This document shows, piece by piece, positions 26,225 to 35,810 of a DNA stretch of 43,809 nucleotides; positions within the stretch are counted from its first letter, which is position 1, and each line of letters begins with the position of its first letter. Position numbers and translations under genes: made by a program. Where the stretch lies: NCBI GenBank assembly GCA_036169915.1, contig JAVHOF010000087.1:1-43809 (forward strand), given 5' to 3'. Source of the stretch: Candidatus Pacearchaeota archaeon. Its GTDB lineage: Archaea; Nanobdellota; Nanobdellia; Pacearchaeales; GW2011-AR1. The notes beneath the pieces were generated by a model. The model did not search any database. It was not told the DNA's origin and saw only the letters and a program-made list of their open reading frames with translations.

Positions 26225-28864
26225 TTAGGTATTTGTTTTGTTGATGATTCGGTTTACAATGTCACAAACGAATTTTATTTCTTCTTCAGTGAGTGACTGG
26301 TGATTGGGCAAATAACACCCGTATTCATCGGCCTTGTTTGCAAATGGCAAATCTTTTTTACCAAATAATTTCTCATAAAATGGATGAAGGCCAATATTCC
26401 CGCTGATCAATGGCCGCACTTCCACATTGTTTCCACGTAGCGCTTCAACGATTTCATCCAGCTTCGGGGAGATCAATGGATAGCCAAGATTTGAAGTCAC
26501 ACAATTTTCCCGCTCAACCGGTTTCCAGTAATCATTTTCAATAAGGGAATTGTACAGAAGGAAATTCCTGTGCCTTTTCTCAATGAACGATCCCAATTTA
26601 TCCAGCTGCCGCAATCCCAAGAAAGCGCCAATCTCATTGTTGCGGAAATTAAATCCATCTGTATGGAAACGGTAAAGCTGATTGAACTTTGTGGTTCCCT
26701 GAATCTTCCTTAACTCCCTTCTTTTTTCCTCGCTGATATCGCGATCCCATCCGTGGCTTCTTTTCATCTTCAGGATATTGAAATAGCTCTCGTCATCAGT
26801 GGTGATCATTCCACCTTCCACAGTAGAGTTATGCAAACAGATAGGTTGTTGCCCCCCGATAAAATTTTCATGAATAGGCACAGAAAAATCATACACATAT
26901 TCATAATCAGGCACTATTTCTTCTATGCTCTTTACCTGCAAAAGTGTTAAGTCTCCATATTTTAATTTTTGCGCTCCAATGCTATTGGATAAATATTCTT
27001 TTTGTTTTAATAGTTCAACAAATTTTTTCTTCCCTGTTTTTTTTAATTTTTCACTATAATATGGAACTTCAAATGTTTCTTTTTCTGCTAATGATGAATG
27101 ATAGCAATTTTTGTCAACTTTTAATATTTTTCCGTCCTTTGTTAATTCGACATTATACATCCTAAAAGACCTTACACCTTTTGAATGTGATAAGTTTTTA
27201 TTATTATTAATTCTAAATGTTTTCTCTTTGTTGGTTTGGACAATTGACCCCCTTACGCCAAACATAGATAACATATAAGATACATCGTTAATTAAATCAT
27301 ATGATATACTTGCTACGCTTAATCTATTTTTATAAAAAGTTCCATCACCACAAAAGTAAGCGTATAGGAATGCCAATTTGCATTCATCGTTAAATTTCCA
27401 AACCATGTCTGGTATTCTCTTGTTTTTAGCCCCCCTTTTTATTCCTAGAAATGATTCAAAAAAATATTGAATCGTGGCAGACGAAATGAGCAGTATGATT
27501 ACATTACCTTTATTTGAAAGAGATGTTTCGAGCCCGAATGTTTTTTCAACTATGTCACATACATCATTTATGTATTCATGTTCGTCTTTATGAAATACCA
27601 GAGCGAGCCCAGCTTCAGAATAGCAACCTTCTGCTAAAAAATACCCAATCAGCCTAGATAATTCAATAGTAACAGGAACATATAATGGCAAATATTTATT
27701 ATTTGGAGTACGTTTATAAGCGATTCTAAGAGACTCTGTTTTTTTTGTTAAATATTTTAATGGCAAAACGCCCCTTGCTTTATAATTATCTATTTGTCTC
27801 CTGTGTGGGCTTCTACAAGTACCCCTAGGAGCATTTTTTAAATTATCCTTATCGTAATTTATGACGAAGAATTTATCTTCGTCCTTTTTGCAGAACGAAT
27901 AAAAGTCCAATGTCTCAATAATGTCTGGAGGAGTCGGTATTCTTTTTGGGACAACTATATAATCACCCTTTTTTATTTCTATACCAGTTTTTGCGGTTAT
28001 TTTTAAAGAAGAATCGCAAACAGAAAACACACTATGGTCTTCTGTTATTTCAACTGTTCGGTTATTTCTTAAAGTTATCCTGAATATTTTTTTTTCTAAA
28101 TCTATCTTATGTTTTATTATTGCAGAAGGCTTGGCGAATAATGTTTTATTATTTTCATTATTAAATGAAATCACCTTTATCTTTTCTGGCGTTTTTTGGT
28201 ATTTGTCAAATATCTCAGAGATTGGGTATATTTTGTATGTTCCATTTTCATCAATAAATGGAATCGGAGTTTTTGGAGCAACACTTGTAATATGGCCATA
28301 GTAGCTACTGCACGTTGCCATCAGCGCATAATTTTCAATTCTGCGCGCATTAAAGGTCGATCCCTGCGATTCGCAACCATCGAGTAATAGTGTCACGCCA
28401 TATTTTGCACACAACCCACTGATCGCATCCATATCCGGAACCATTCCCAATACGGAAACCAAAAACAATCCGGCAGGTTTTTCCTTCTTGAAAATGTCTT
28501 CGAGATTATTCAATTCAACACTGAGATCGGAAAGGTTGACGTCACAAAGAATCGGTTCCAATCCCAATTGTATGATCGGGGAAATTGTTGTGATCCATGC
28601 AATCCCGGGAATGACAACCTTTTTATTCTTCAACCCGCCATCTGAAATCAATGTTGAGATCGCAAGAAGATTTGCGCTTGATCCCGAGTTTACGAAAACA
28701 GCGTATTTGCTTCCAACATTGGCAGCATATTTTTCCTCATACTCAACCGTGAGTTTTGATTTTGTAAGCTGTGGTGTTGGGTCTTGTTGAAGCCATGCGC
28801 AAAGTGCGTCAATGTCAGATTTATCAATTGTATCGGAAGCGAGCTTGATTGGTAACTGAGCCAT
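26225..28864 (-). CDS. colD: DegT/DnrJ-family PLP enzyme, ColD-like GDP-4-keto-6-deoxymannose 3-dehydratase, containing an intein
   Basis: VNSGSSANL, W.T, D.CES.G, RSHGWDR; the spliced motif SSYYGHITSTVEGGM has His at the usual Lys position; extein 393 aa. Confidence 0.85.
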   Translation of the reverse strand: MAQLPIKLASDTIDKSDIDALCAWLQQDPTPQLTKSKLTVEYEEKYAANVGSKYAVFVNSGSSANLLAISTLISDGGLKNKKVVIPGIAWITTISPIIQLGLEPILCDVNLSDLSVELNNLEDIFKKEKPAGLFLVSVLGMVPDMDAISGLCAKYGVTLLLDGCESQGSTFNARRIENYALMATCSSYYGHITSVAPKTPIPFIDENGTYKIYPISEIFDKYQKTPEKIKVISFNNENNKTLFAKPSAIIKHKIDLEKKIFRITLRNNRTVEITEDHSVFSVCDSSLKITAKTGIEIKKGDYIVVPKRIPTPPDIIETLDFYSFCKKDEDKFFVINYDKDNLKNAPRGTCRSPHRRQIDNYKARGVLPLKYLTKKTESLRIAYKRTPNNKYLPLYVPVTIELSRLIGYFLAEGCYSEAGLALVFHKDEHEYINDVCDIVEKTFGLETSLSNKGNVIILLISSATIQYFFESFLGIKRGAKNKRIPDMVWKFNDECKLAFLYAYFCGDGTFYKNRLSVASISYDLINDVSYMLSMFGVRGSIVQTNKEKTFRINNNKNLSHSKGVRSFRMYNVELTKDGKILKVDKNCYHSSLAEKETFEVPYYSEKLKKTGKKKFVELLKQKEYLSNSIGAQKLKYGDLTLLQVKSIEEIVPDYEYVYDFSVPIHENFIGGQQPICLHNSTVEGGMITTDDESYFNILKMKRSHGWDRDISEEKRRELRKIQGTTKFNQLYRFHTDGFNFRNNEIGAFLGLRQLDKLGSFIEKRHRNFLLYNSLIENDYWKPVERENCVTSNLGYPLISPKLDEIVEALRGNNVEVRPLISGNIGLHPFYEKLFGKKDLPFANKADEYGCYLPNHQSLTEEEIKFVCDIVNRIINKTNT
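26828..28285 (-). mobile_element. Intein (486 aa) with LAGLIDADG endonuclease
   Basis: N-terminal SVAPKTP; block B ITEDHSV; LIGYFLAEG and FLYAYFCGDG; C-terminal YVYDFSVP.HENF...CLHN followed by +1 Ser. Confidence 0.93.
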
Positions 28865-28898
28865 GAATTAAACCGGATATGGATAAAATCAAAAACAA

Positions 28899-28930
28899 CA
28901 AAAATACAAATGGGGTTAATTCGACCCAAA
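28899..28930 (-). promoter_or_regulatory. Bacteroidota sigma70-type promoter
   Basis: TTTG (28930-28927), 20-nt spacer, TATTTTTG (28906-28899), 35 nt upstream of the colD-like ATG. Confidence 0.6.
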
Positions 28931-28994
28931 AATAAATTATTTTTTCAAATGACAATGGAAAAGTTTCCAACAGGAAATTGTTAGGAACAAATCA

Positions 28995-29348
28995 TCATTC
29001 GTACATGGTGCCACAAATCAAATCAGGAGATTTGCAATCCTTCATGAACTCCTCGATTGTTTGGGATTCAAAATCTTCAGGGTCATTTGGATCGTATTCC
29101 GAATTCCTGATTGTGATTTTTGACCACTCTTCCTTTGGGATTTCAACTATTTCATCATCTTCATCGAGATCAGAAAAATCTGTTCCCGTAATTCTGAAAT
29201 AAGCATGCAGTGCTCCAATATTCGTATTGGCTGCAATCCATTCTTTTTCATCCTGTGCGATCCAACGCAATTCAAACACTTTCATCATTTTACTTTGTGT
29301 TTTTGTCGATAGTCCAAAAATCTTTTTTGTAAGGATTTGTCGTGCCAC
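28995..29348 (-). CDS. Acidic hypothetical protein
   Basis: Tiled ORF; the start may be the internal MMKV. Confidence 0.65.
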   Translation of the reverse strand: MARQILTKKIFGLSTKTQSKMMKVFELRWIAQDEKEWIAANTNIGALHAYFRITGTDFSDLDEDDEIVEIPKEEWSKITIRNSEYDPNDPEDFESQTIEEFMKDCKSPDLICGTMYE

Positions 29349-29503
29349 ATATTTTTCTTGCGCAGGATGAATCTCATTTCCAAAAAGTCAAAAACAGCTT
29401 CTTCTGTATTTGTTCCTCTCCATCCATTCAATCGATTTGAAATTTCCGGTTCTGAAATAGGTCTTATCATCGTATTAATTCTTGGCATTTCAAATTGTAA
29501 CAA
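29285..29503 (-). CDS. Hypothetical protein
   Basis: Fills the gap between neighbours; start uncertain. Confidence 0.4.
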   Translation of the reverse strand: MLQFEMPRINTMIRPISEPEISNRLNGWRGTNTEEAVFDFLEMRFILRKKNMWHDKSLQKRFLDYRQKHKVK

Positions 29504-29964
29504 TCAACAGAAACAACCCAATTGTTGCTGCCATGCATCTCACCTTTTTTAAATAACATTGCTTTTTTGTAATAATCTTCCTTGCTGATCCACCCCATGA
29601 ATTGGAGCATGTTCGTTTTCCTGTTGTAGGAATAGAAAATGTACCAGTCAACATTAAAATCCTTTTGTCGCGCTTCCACAGCCGCATCAAAATCCAAAGT
29701 GGCATCAACTGTTCGATCCTTGCATTTTACATCAATCCGTTTTCCCTTGAGAATGAAGTCGGCATGTGTATCATGTTCGCTTACCCTTTTTGCATCCGGA
29801 TATGTTTGCTGGAAAACTATTTCAGCAATATCTGAAACGAATCTGTGAAATTCATCTTTCCTGATGCTGAATTCATTTCCCTTGAATTCCGACCACGTTT
29901 TTTGCAACTCAAGTATTTCCGGAGTTATTTCAAAAACAGCGATTGGATTTTCCACGAGACTCAT
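29467..29964 (-). CDS. PD-(D/E)xK-like phage nuclease
   Basis: AE...ADFILKGKRIDVK...YIF...GWIS pattern. Confidence 0.6.
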   Translation of the reverse strand: MSLVENPIAVFEITPEILELQKTWSEFKGNEFSIRKDEFHRFVSDIAEIVFQQTYPDAKRVSEHDTHADFILKGKRIDVKCKDRTVDATLDFDAAVEARQKDFNVDWYIFYSYNRKTNMLQFMGWISKEDYYKKAMLFKKGEMHGSNNWVVSVDCYNLKCQELIR

Positions 29965-30905
29965 TTCCCGAATTTTTCGTAATGTTTATACGTTTCGCGT
30001 ATCCCATTGATAAGCGGAATGAATTTCAAATCAGGGAACATGGATTTCATTCTTGAATTATCAGCAGCCTTGTTCATCTGGCCGTTCGGTTTTGTATTAT
30101 CCCAGATGATTTTCAAATGAGCAGCATCGCATGCAGCCAATGCGCATTCGGCAATTGTTTTTGTTGACAGATTTTCATCCGGTGCAATGTTGAATGATTC
30201 CGTGATGTCATTGTCAATGCATGATTTGATTATTTGTGCTACAGATTCCGAATTCACGAATTGTCTTTTTGGAGTTCCATCACCGAAGAGTGTGATGTGA
30301 TCCGCCCCACCTGTTTTTGCATCATGAATCTTTTTTATCAGCGCCCCCACAAAATGCGATCGCGCTTCATCGTATTTGTCACCGATGCCATAAATGTTCG
30401 AAGGGATGATGTAATTGTACCTTGTCCCGTATTGTTGGTTGTACGCATCGATCTGGCATGCAGCTGCACGTTTTGCAATCCCATAACTGAAATTCGTTTT
30501 TGTCGGGCTTCCCTCATGAAGCATGTTCTCCGTGTATGGGACAAAATCAATTCCGTCAATATCGCGATCAGGATAAACACAGGTGGAAAGCATTCCGATG
30601 AATCGCTTGCAGCCGAATTCGTGCGCGTACCGCAAGACAAAGGTGTTCATCAAAACATTGTCATCGAAAAATTCTGCCGGGCATTTTATATTTTCCTGAA
30701 TCCCCCCTACGTGAGCAGAAAGGTTACAGACCACTTCCGGTTTTATTTTCTGGAATAAATCAAACACGCCACGTTGATCCGTCAAGTCACAATCCTTAGA
30801 GCTCAAATAAATTGCATCAGGCATTATTCGCTGGAGTGCATTCCCAACCAATCCTGTTCCGCCTGTCACGAGTGTTATTTTATTTTTCACTGTTGAAAAT
30901 TTCAT
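29961..30905 (-). CDS. fcl: GDP-L-fucose/GDP-L-colitose synthase (Fcl/ColC family)
   Basis: VTGGTGLVG, SAHVGGI, LSTCVYP, YGIAK, P.NIYG, SH.V.ALI, GDGTP.R.F, KPNGQ. Confidence 0.92.
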   Translation of the reverse strand: MKFSTVKNKITLVTGGTGLVGNALQRIMPDAIYLSSKDCDLTDQRGVFDLFQKIKPEVVCNLSAHVGGIQENIKCPAEFFDDNVLMNTFVLRYAHEFGCKRFIGMLSTCVYPDRDIDGIDFVPYTENMLHEGSPTKTNFSYGIAKRAAACQIDAYNQQYGTRYNYIIPSNIYGIGDKYDEARSHFVGALIKKIHDAKTGGADHITLFGDGTPKRQFVNSESVAQIIKSCIDNDITESFNIAPDENLSTKTIAECALAACDAAHLKIIWDNTKPNGQMNKAADNSRMKSMFPDLKFIPLINGIRETYKHYEKFGK

Positions 30906-31071
30906 TGTTCAATTCACCCAACCCAAGATCGAAATAATATATTTTTTCCCCGCGCTTTATCCGTTCCTCAAGTTCACGGAATGTTTCATGCGATTTTCTT
31001 GTTGCGTTCGTGACAGGAAAAACACCCATCAATTTTGGGGTTCTGATTTCAGTTTTCTTTTTTTGTTTCAT
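30880..31071 (-). CDS. Hypothetical protein
   Basis: Tiled ORF. Confidence 0.55.
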   Translation of the reverse strand: MKQKKKTEIRTPKLMGVFPVTNATRKSHETFRELEERIKRGEKIYYFDLGLGELNNEIFNSEK

Positions 31072-31078
31072 CTGGATT

Positions 31079-31390
31079 TCAGTTTTGTTTCACGCCTTTC
31101 AACTCGTCGCGTTCCTTGGAGATTGACAAAATCAAATTCCAAACAGGTTTGCTGATGGGATAGCGTTTTTCATTGATCACAACTACGAAATCATAATTCT
31201 CATTTGTAGAATTTGATAAATGCTTAACCGCTTTTATGGTATCGTTAATCAATTCTGCCGATAACTTTTTTTCATCAGGCATGGTTGTCCAATCCCAACC
31301 ATATTTTTCCTGAAGAAGTTCAAGAACCCGTTTGTATTCCTTTTCAGGATTTTCAGTTGTCATGATTTCCCATTTTTTGTTGCCATGCAA
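31079..31390 (-). CDS. Hypothetical protein
   Basis: Tiled ORF. Confidence 0.6.
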   Translation of the reverse strand: MHGNKKWEIMTTENPEKEYKRVLELLQEKYGWDWTTMPDEKKLSAELINDTIKAVKHLSNSTNENYDFVVVINEKRYPISKPVWNLILSISKERDELKGVKQN

Positions 31391-31635
31391 TATACATAGT
31401 AATTTACATTTTTGTCTTCATTTTCTTTCAGGGAAGAGTCGTACCAGTCAAATATTTTTCCTTTCGGTTGTTTCGTGTCGATATCCAAACGGATATCATT
31501 GAAGTTGAAATAATAATCGGAACATTCCGCAATTGTTCCGACATTATCTCCCACCCAATAATTAAATTGCAAATCATGTTTCCTGCAAAATACATTTACA
31601 TATTCTGCAACCGCCTTTTCAAATTTTTCTTTCAT
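31360..31635 (-). CDS. Conserved phage hypothetical protein
   Basis: Y...FC.KHD....YWVG..VG.I....DY.FNF.DIR.DID motif. Confidence 0.7.
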   Translation of the reverse strand: MKEKFEKAVAEYVNVFCRKHDLQFNYWVGDNVGTIAECSDYYFNFNDIRLDIDTKQPKGKIFDWYDSSLKENEDKNVNYYVYCMATKNGKS

Positions 31636-31710
31636 TTTAATGTTTTTTTCAGAATACGATTTCTTTGGTTCAGATATTTTTCTTAACCAAATGTCTTTAT
31701 CAGCTGTGTC

Positions 31711-31771
31711 ACCACATCCTTATTTTTGTTCAAAACGAAATAAACGTTTTGAACAAAAATAAGGATGTGGT
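31711..31771. repeat. Perfect 27-bp inverted repeat with a 7-nt spacer
   Basis: ACCACATCCTTATTTTTGTTCAAAACG-AAATAAA-CGTTTTGAACAAAAATAAGGATGTGGT. Confidence 0.97.
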
Positions 31772-32013
31772 ATGTACGGAAGAAATAATTCAATTTTTTC
31801 ATATCCCAATCGTCTCAATGCATCGTTTGCCAACAACAACTTCATTATGTCATCAGAATTATTGCATCTTGCATAAATGATGGCAGAGCCATCAGCGCAA
31901 TCTTGCTCATTGAATTTTACGGAAACCTCACCCCCGGTAAATACGAAAGACTTGTATTTTAAACTAGCCGAAAGTTTTGGAAAACCATTTAAGTAAATAG
32001 GTGTAGTGGTCAT
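31720..32013 (-). pseudogene. prs: Truncated ribose-phosphate pyrophosphokinase-like gene
   Basis: F.GGEV.V...S.DIM.LLL..DALRR....I.L.LPYIP is the PRS N-terminus; it breaks where YARQDR is expected, at the inverted repeat. Confidence 0.8.
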
Positions 32014-32063
32014 AGTGGATTTGTCGTTGTGATTTCAAAGGAAAACAATAAGCATGACACTAA

Positions 32064-32071
32064 CAAATATA
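32064..32071 (-). promoter_or_regulatory. -7 element TATATTTG upstream of the prs-like gene
   Basis: TAnnTTTG in the intergenic gap; no correctly spaced -33 element seen. Confidence 0.4.
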
Positions 32072-32115
32072 TTGTTTAATATAAACGTAAGTTATTGTAA
32101 ATCAAAATAATAAAA

Positions 32116-32709
32116 TCAAATATTTTTTCCGTGAACCCCGATCAATTCCTTCTCCTGACCAGCGATAAGGTCACAAACTGTCACTAACCATATCATATGG
32201 ATTGTTTCAACAACATTATAAATCTTACTGTCAAGCCAAAAATTGATATCCCCAACATGTTTTAATTTATTATTTTTTTCGAAACCAGTCAAGGTAACCA
32301 CTTTCATGCCCATTTCCTTGGCTGTCTGAGCAGCTTTTATAACGTTGGATGAATTACCGCTTGAAGAAATGAGTATTGCCACATCACTTTCCTGTGCGTT
32401 TATTTTCAGGTATCGTGAAAACACGTCCTCATATCCAAAATCATTTGCAAAACACGTTAGAATGGAGGAGTTGTTTATGCTCATAGCCTTTACCGCAAGC
32501 TGGTTGTTGTAATCCAATGCAGCATGCGCGGATATTGTTTCGCTGGCTCCATTTCCGGCAAAAAAAAGTTTACCGTTGTTTTTTCTTGTTTCCAAAACAA
32601 GTTCCTTCAACTGGATCATTGGTTCGGTTATCAAATTATTCAAATTCAATGAGCGCTGAATGCCACCTACGTATTCGTAAATAAAATCTTTATCAGTTTG
32701 CTGTTCCAT
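32116..32709 (-). CDS. gmhA: SIS-domain phosphoheptose isomerase-like protein
   Basis: AGNGAS...AH, TCFANDFGYE..F, ISSSGNS.NV, E..H; start moved to MEQQ. Confidence 0.85.
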   Translation of the reverse strand: MEQQTDKDFIYEYVGGIQRSLNLNNLITEPMIQLKELVLETRKNNGKLFFAGNGASETISAHAALDYNNQLAVKAMSINNSSILTCFANDFGYEDVFSRYLKINAQESDVAILISSSGNSSNVIKAAQTAKEMGMKVVTLTGFEKNNKLKHVGDINFWLDSKIYNVVETIHMIWLVTVCDLIAGQEKELIGVHGKNI

Positions 32710-32854
32710 TTTTTTGGTTTTTGTGTTAATAACCTCAATTACAAAATAAGCACTATAATACCTTTTTGCCATGTTTTTAACATTTTGAATTAGCAGATAT
32801 TGATCAAATGGTATTATAGTACTTATTTGGTGTTTGGCGTTATCAACAATATTT

Positions 32855-33196
32855 TCAGACAAAAATATCCGATGGCTCGTCTGAATTATCGTCATACAAT
32901 TTTTTCACTGGAATCTTTCCATTCACTTTGTTTGGGGTTACGAATTTTCGGCGGAAAGATTGATTCCATTCAAAACATTCCGTATTGCCACCGAAAATTG
33001 GCATGGAAATTCCGATCGCTCCCTTGCAAGCCGGGCATTTGGTTTTGAATAACGGATATTTTGCCTTTTCAATTTTGTCGCTGGCGTCAAATTCAAATGT
33101 GCAGATCGGGCATTTCACCAATGACTCCATGTAGGTAATCAGCATTCCGTTTCCGATTATTATGCTCATTTTTTCTATTTGTTTTTGTCGGAACAA
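32855..33196 (-). CDS. Zn-ribbon hypothetical protein
   Basis: CPIC and CPAC motifs. Confidence 0.6.
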   Translation of the reverse strand: MFRQKQIEKMSIIIGNGMLITYMESLVKCPICTFEFDASDKIEKAKYPLFKTKCPACKGAIGISMPIFGGNTECFEWNQSFRRKFVTPNKVNGKIPVKKLYDDNSDEPSDIFV

Positions 33197-33405
33197 TCAA
33201 AATCGGATTCCTTTAGCGACACTCCATTTTCATCACGTAAATCCATGCAGTAAAAACGTGCATAAACCACCCCGCCAAGATGTACGGAAGGATCACCATT
33301 ATCATATCGCAATTTTTTCCCCACAGTAATTGGTCTTGTTTTGTAATGTTCGGAGTAAACATTCATCAATTGTTCCATATCATTTTTGCAGATAAATCTC
33401 ATCAA
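33175..33405 (-). CDS. Hypothetical protein
   Basis: Tiled ORF. Confidence 0.55.
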   Translation of the reverse strand: MMRFICKNDMEQLMNVYSEHYKTRPITVGKKLRYDNGDPSVHLGGVVYARFYCMDLRDENGVSLKESDFDCSDKNK

Positions 33406-34357
33406 TTATTTTCATGAGTGAAAGCGCATCCAAACTATTTCCTGTTTTTATCGGAATATCTTTTTTTACACAATCAAAAAAATGTTCCACTTCACTGTTC
33501 CAAGAATTATCCACATCGTAAGTTATGTTTATTTCCTCTGTGAATGTCGCTTTGGGTGCCGTGGTTCTATTCTTCGCGATCGTGAGCATTTCCTTGCCGT
33601 ATTTTCCTGTGCTCGTTTTAAGTCCATTCAAAACCAAATATCCGGATGATAAAAAAACCTCCAATGAGAAAATGAATCGCCAATCGGTCATTGTTGAATG
33701 CAGCTGTGCCGAAACGCCTGTTTTCGAATTTGCCATTATTGCAAACACATTGTCTTCCACACCGTGGATTTTCCAGTAATTATTCGAGACCACGGATTTC
33801 ACTACATCAAAGTCACTGTACAAATGCAAAAACAAATCAACCATGTGGATTCCCTGATCCATCAAAATACCAGCGCCACTTAATTCTTTCGATGCCCTCC
33901 ATGTCTTGAAAAAATCATCGTCAACACTTTTTCCATAACGTCCGCGCATCCATAGAATATTTCCGTATTCATTCGAATCGATTAATTGCTTCATGTATTT
34001 TATCGACTCATGATGCCGGTGATTGAAACCGTACATCAACTTCTTTCCGGATCGAACTTCTGCTGCCCTTATCTCCATAACCTCGTCAGCGGTGAAGCAA
34101 GGTGGTTTCTCGCAGAAAACATTCTTCCCGGATTGCAATGCCCTTATCGTGTATTCTTTATTGAATGAATTCGGTGTGCAGATGAAAATGCAATCAAGAT
34201 TTTCATCATTGAATATCTCTTCAACAGAATTTGCTTTTTTATAATCAGTTTTTATTTCCGACTTTTCAAAAATGCATTCCACGGTTCCACCACATTGTTC
34301 GATAGCGGAAGCCCTGACCTTTCCCATTTTCCCATATCCGATTATCGCGCATCTCAT
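33380..34357 (-). CDS. Gfo/Idh/MocA oxidoreductase
   Basis: IIGYGKMG, ICTPN, CEKP, GFNHR, G.G.LMDQGIH..D. Confidence 0.92.
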   Translation of the reverse strand: MRCAIIGYGKMGKVRASAIEQCGGTVECIFEKSEIKTDYKKANSVEEIFNDENLDCIFICTPNSFNKEYTIRALQSGKNVFCEKPPCFTADEVMEIRAAEVRSGKKLMYGFNHRHHESIKYMKQLIDSNEYGNILWMRGRYGKSVDDDFFKTWRASKELSGAGILMDQGIHMVDLFLHLYSDFDVVKSVVSNNYWKIHGVEDNVFAIMANSKTGVSAQLHSTMTDWRFIFSLEVFLSSGYLVLNGLKTSTGKYGKEMLTIAKNRTTAPKATFTEEINITYDVDNSWNSEVEHFFDCVKKDIPIKTGNSLDALSLMKIIDEIYLQK

Positions 34358-35325
34358 AACTCACCTTTCTTTTTCTGGTGGGTGCGGTCAGGCAATTCAA
34401 TTGACGAAATCGACCAGCCACTTTGTAAAAAAACAAGAACGTTATCTATCGAATCGTTTTCCATTCTTGTCCGCGCATCGATTGTACATGATCCGATGTG
34501 CGGGGTAATGATTATGTTTTTCAGGCTACACAATTTTCCAGTATACGGCTCCTGTTCGAATGTGTCAATCGCCGCCATTCGGGAACCGTTTTCTTCCAGC
34601 CAAGTGTAAATGTCATTCTCATTGATTATTCCGCCACGCGAATTGTTCAGGATCATCTTGCACTTGAATTCAGACAACTCTTTTTTGGCAATCATGTTAT
34701 GCGTTTCATTTGTCAGGGGGACGTGAAGCGTGACAATGTTGCATTGTTGGTAGATTTCCATTTTTGTTTTCACATCCAATCCCATTTGCAATGCCAATTC
34801 CTTTTTCTCAAGACTGATGTCGTTGACCATTATTTCACAACCGAATTGCGATAACAATTTGCAAACACGTTGGCCTATCCTTCCAAAACCGATGATGCCA
34901 ACCTTGCATAATGATAGGCCAAGTCCAATTGCCCGATTCCATTTGAATGCTTTCAGGTCATTGGAAACATTTATCAAATTTCTGCACATGCACAACATTT
35001 CAGCCACCGTCAATTCTGCAACGGCTTTTGTTTGTGCATCCGGGGTATTCGTCACGGTGATGTTTCTTTTTTTGCATTCATCCAGATCAATGGAATCCAA
35101 TCCCGTTCCAACGCGGCTGATCATTTTCAGGTTCGTGCACAAATCCAAAATTTCACTGTCGTATTTTTCGGTTCCCGCAATTATTATTGTGGGATTATAT
35201 TTTTTCAACACTTCAATCAATTCAATGCGACTCATTTTTCGCTTGAATGAATTGTAGATTGTTCGCTGGTCATTCAGGAAAGGAACCGTTTCGGTGAATG
35301 GATATGTGGTTACAAGTATTTTCAT
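34354..35325 (-). CDS. D-2-hydroxyacid dehydrogenase (phosphoglycerate-dehydrogenase-like)
   Basis: SRVGTGLD.ID, GIIGFGRIG, LHVPL, N.SRG, D.FE.EP, TPHIG; start moved to MKILVTT (ATGA overlap). Confidence 0.92.
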   Translation of the reverse strand: MKILVTTYPFTETVPFLNDQRTIYNSFKRKMSRIELIEVLKKYNPTIIIAGTEKYDSEILDLCTNLKMISRVGTGLDSIDLDECKKRNITVTNTPDAQTKAVAELTVAEMLCMCRNLINVSNDLKAFKWNRAIGLGLSLCKVGIIGFGRIGQRVCKLLSQFGCEIMVNDISLEKKELALQMGLDVKTKMEIYQQCNIVTLHVPLTNETHNMIAKKELSEFKCKMILNNSRGGIINENDIYTWLEENGSRMAAIDTFEQEPYTGKLCSLKNIIITPHIGSCTIDARTRMENDSIDNVLVFLQSGWSISSIELPDRTHQKKKGEL

Positions 35326-35804
35326 GTATCGTTTCTCTGGTTTTTGTTGCAAGATAGAATATACATTGTTGTCTCATGCTTTGTTTTCCATAATCTCAAT
35401 GCCTGAAGCGCATTTACAGGGATCGCAATCATTATAGACAAGGCTCTCGCGTCCTCATCAGTCAGCGCCTCCAAATTTTTCTCCAAGATGTATTTTTCAA
35501 ACCATTCAATATCCGCTTGGTTTATTTTAAGTATTTCATCGATGGGGATATTCATTTCCTCATTATGCCTTCTAATCAACTCTTCAGTTTTTATGGTACC
35601 CCCATTTTCATCACCAGCCCATTCCAAGTCCATTGCTTCAGGGGATACGCTTCTGATGTCGTCGTCGTCGATTTTACCTTTTTCAATACTGTCACCTATG
35701 TATTTGAACGCAGAAACGGAAAATTGTGCAGCGGATATTATACGCCTTATCTTATCAAACGAATTGTCATCATCCTCAATGACGTTATTGTTTTCGGTGA
35801 ACAT
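35322..35804 (-). CDS. Acidic hypothetical protein
   Basis: Tiled ORF. Confidence 0.65.
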   Translation of the reverse strand: MFTENNNVIEDDDNSFDKIRRIISAAQFSVSAFKYIGDSIEKGKIDDDDIRSVSPEAMDLEWAGDENGGTIKTEELIRRHNEEMNIPIDEILKINQADIEWFEKYILEKNLEALTDEDARALSIMIAIPVNALQALRLWKTKHETTMYILSCNKNQRNDT

Positions 35805-35810
35805 GTTTTT

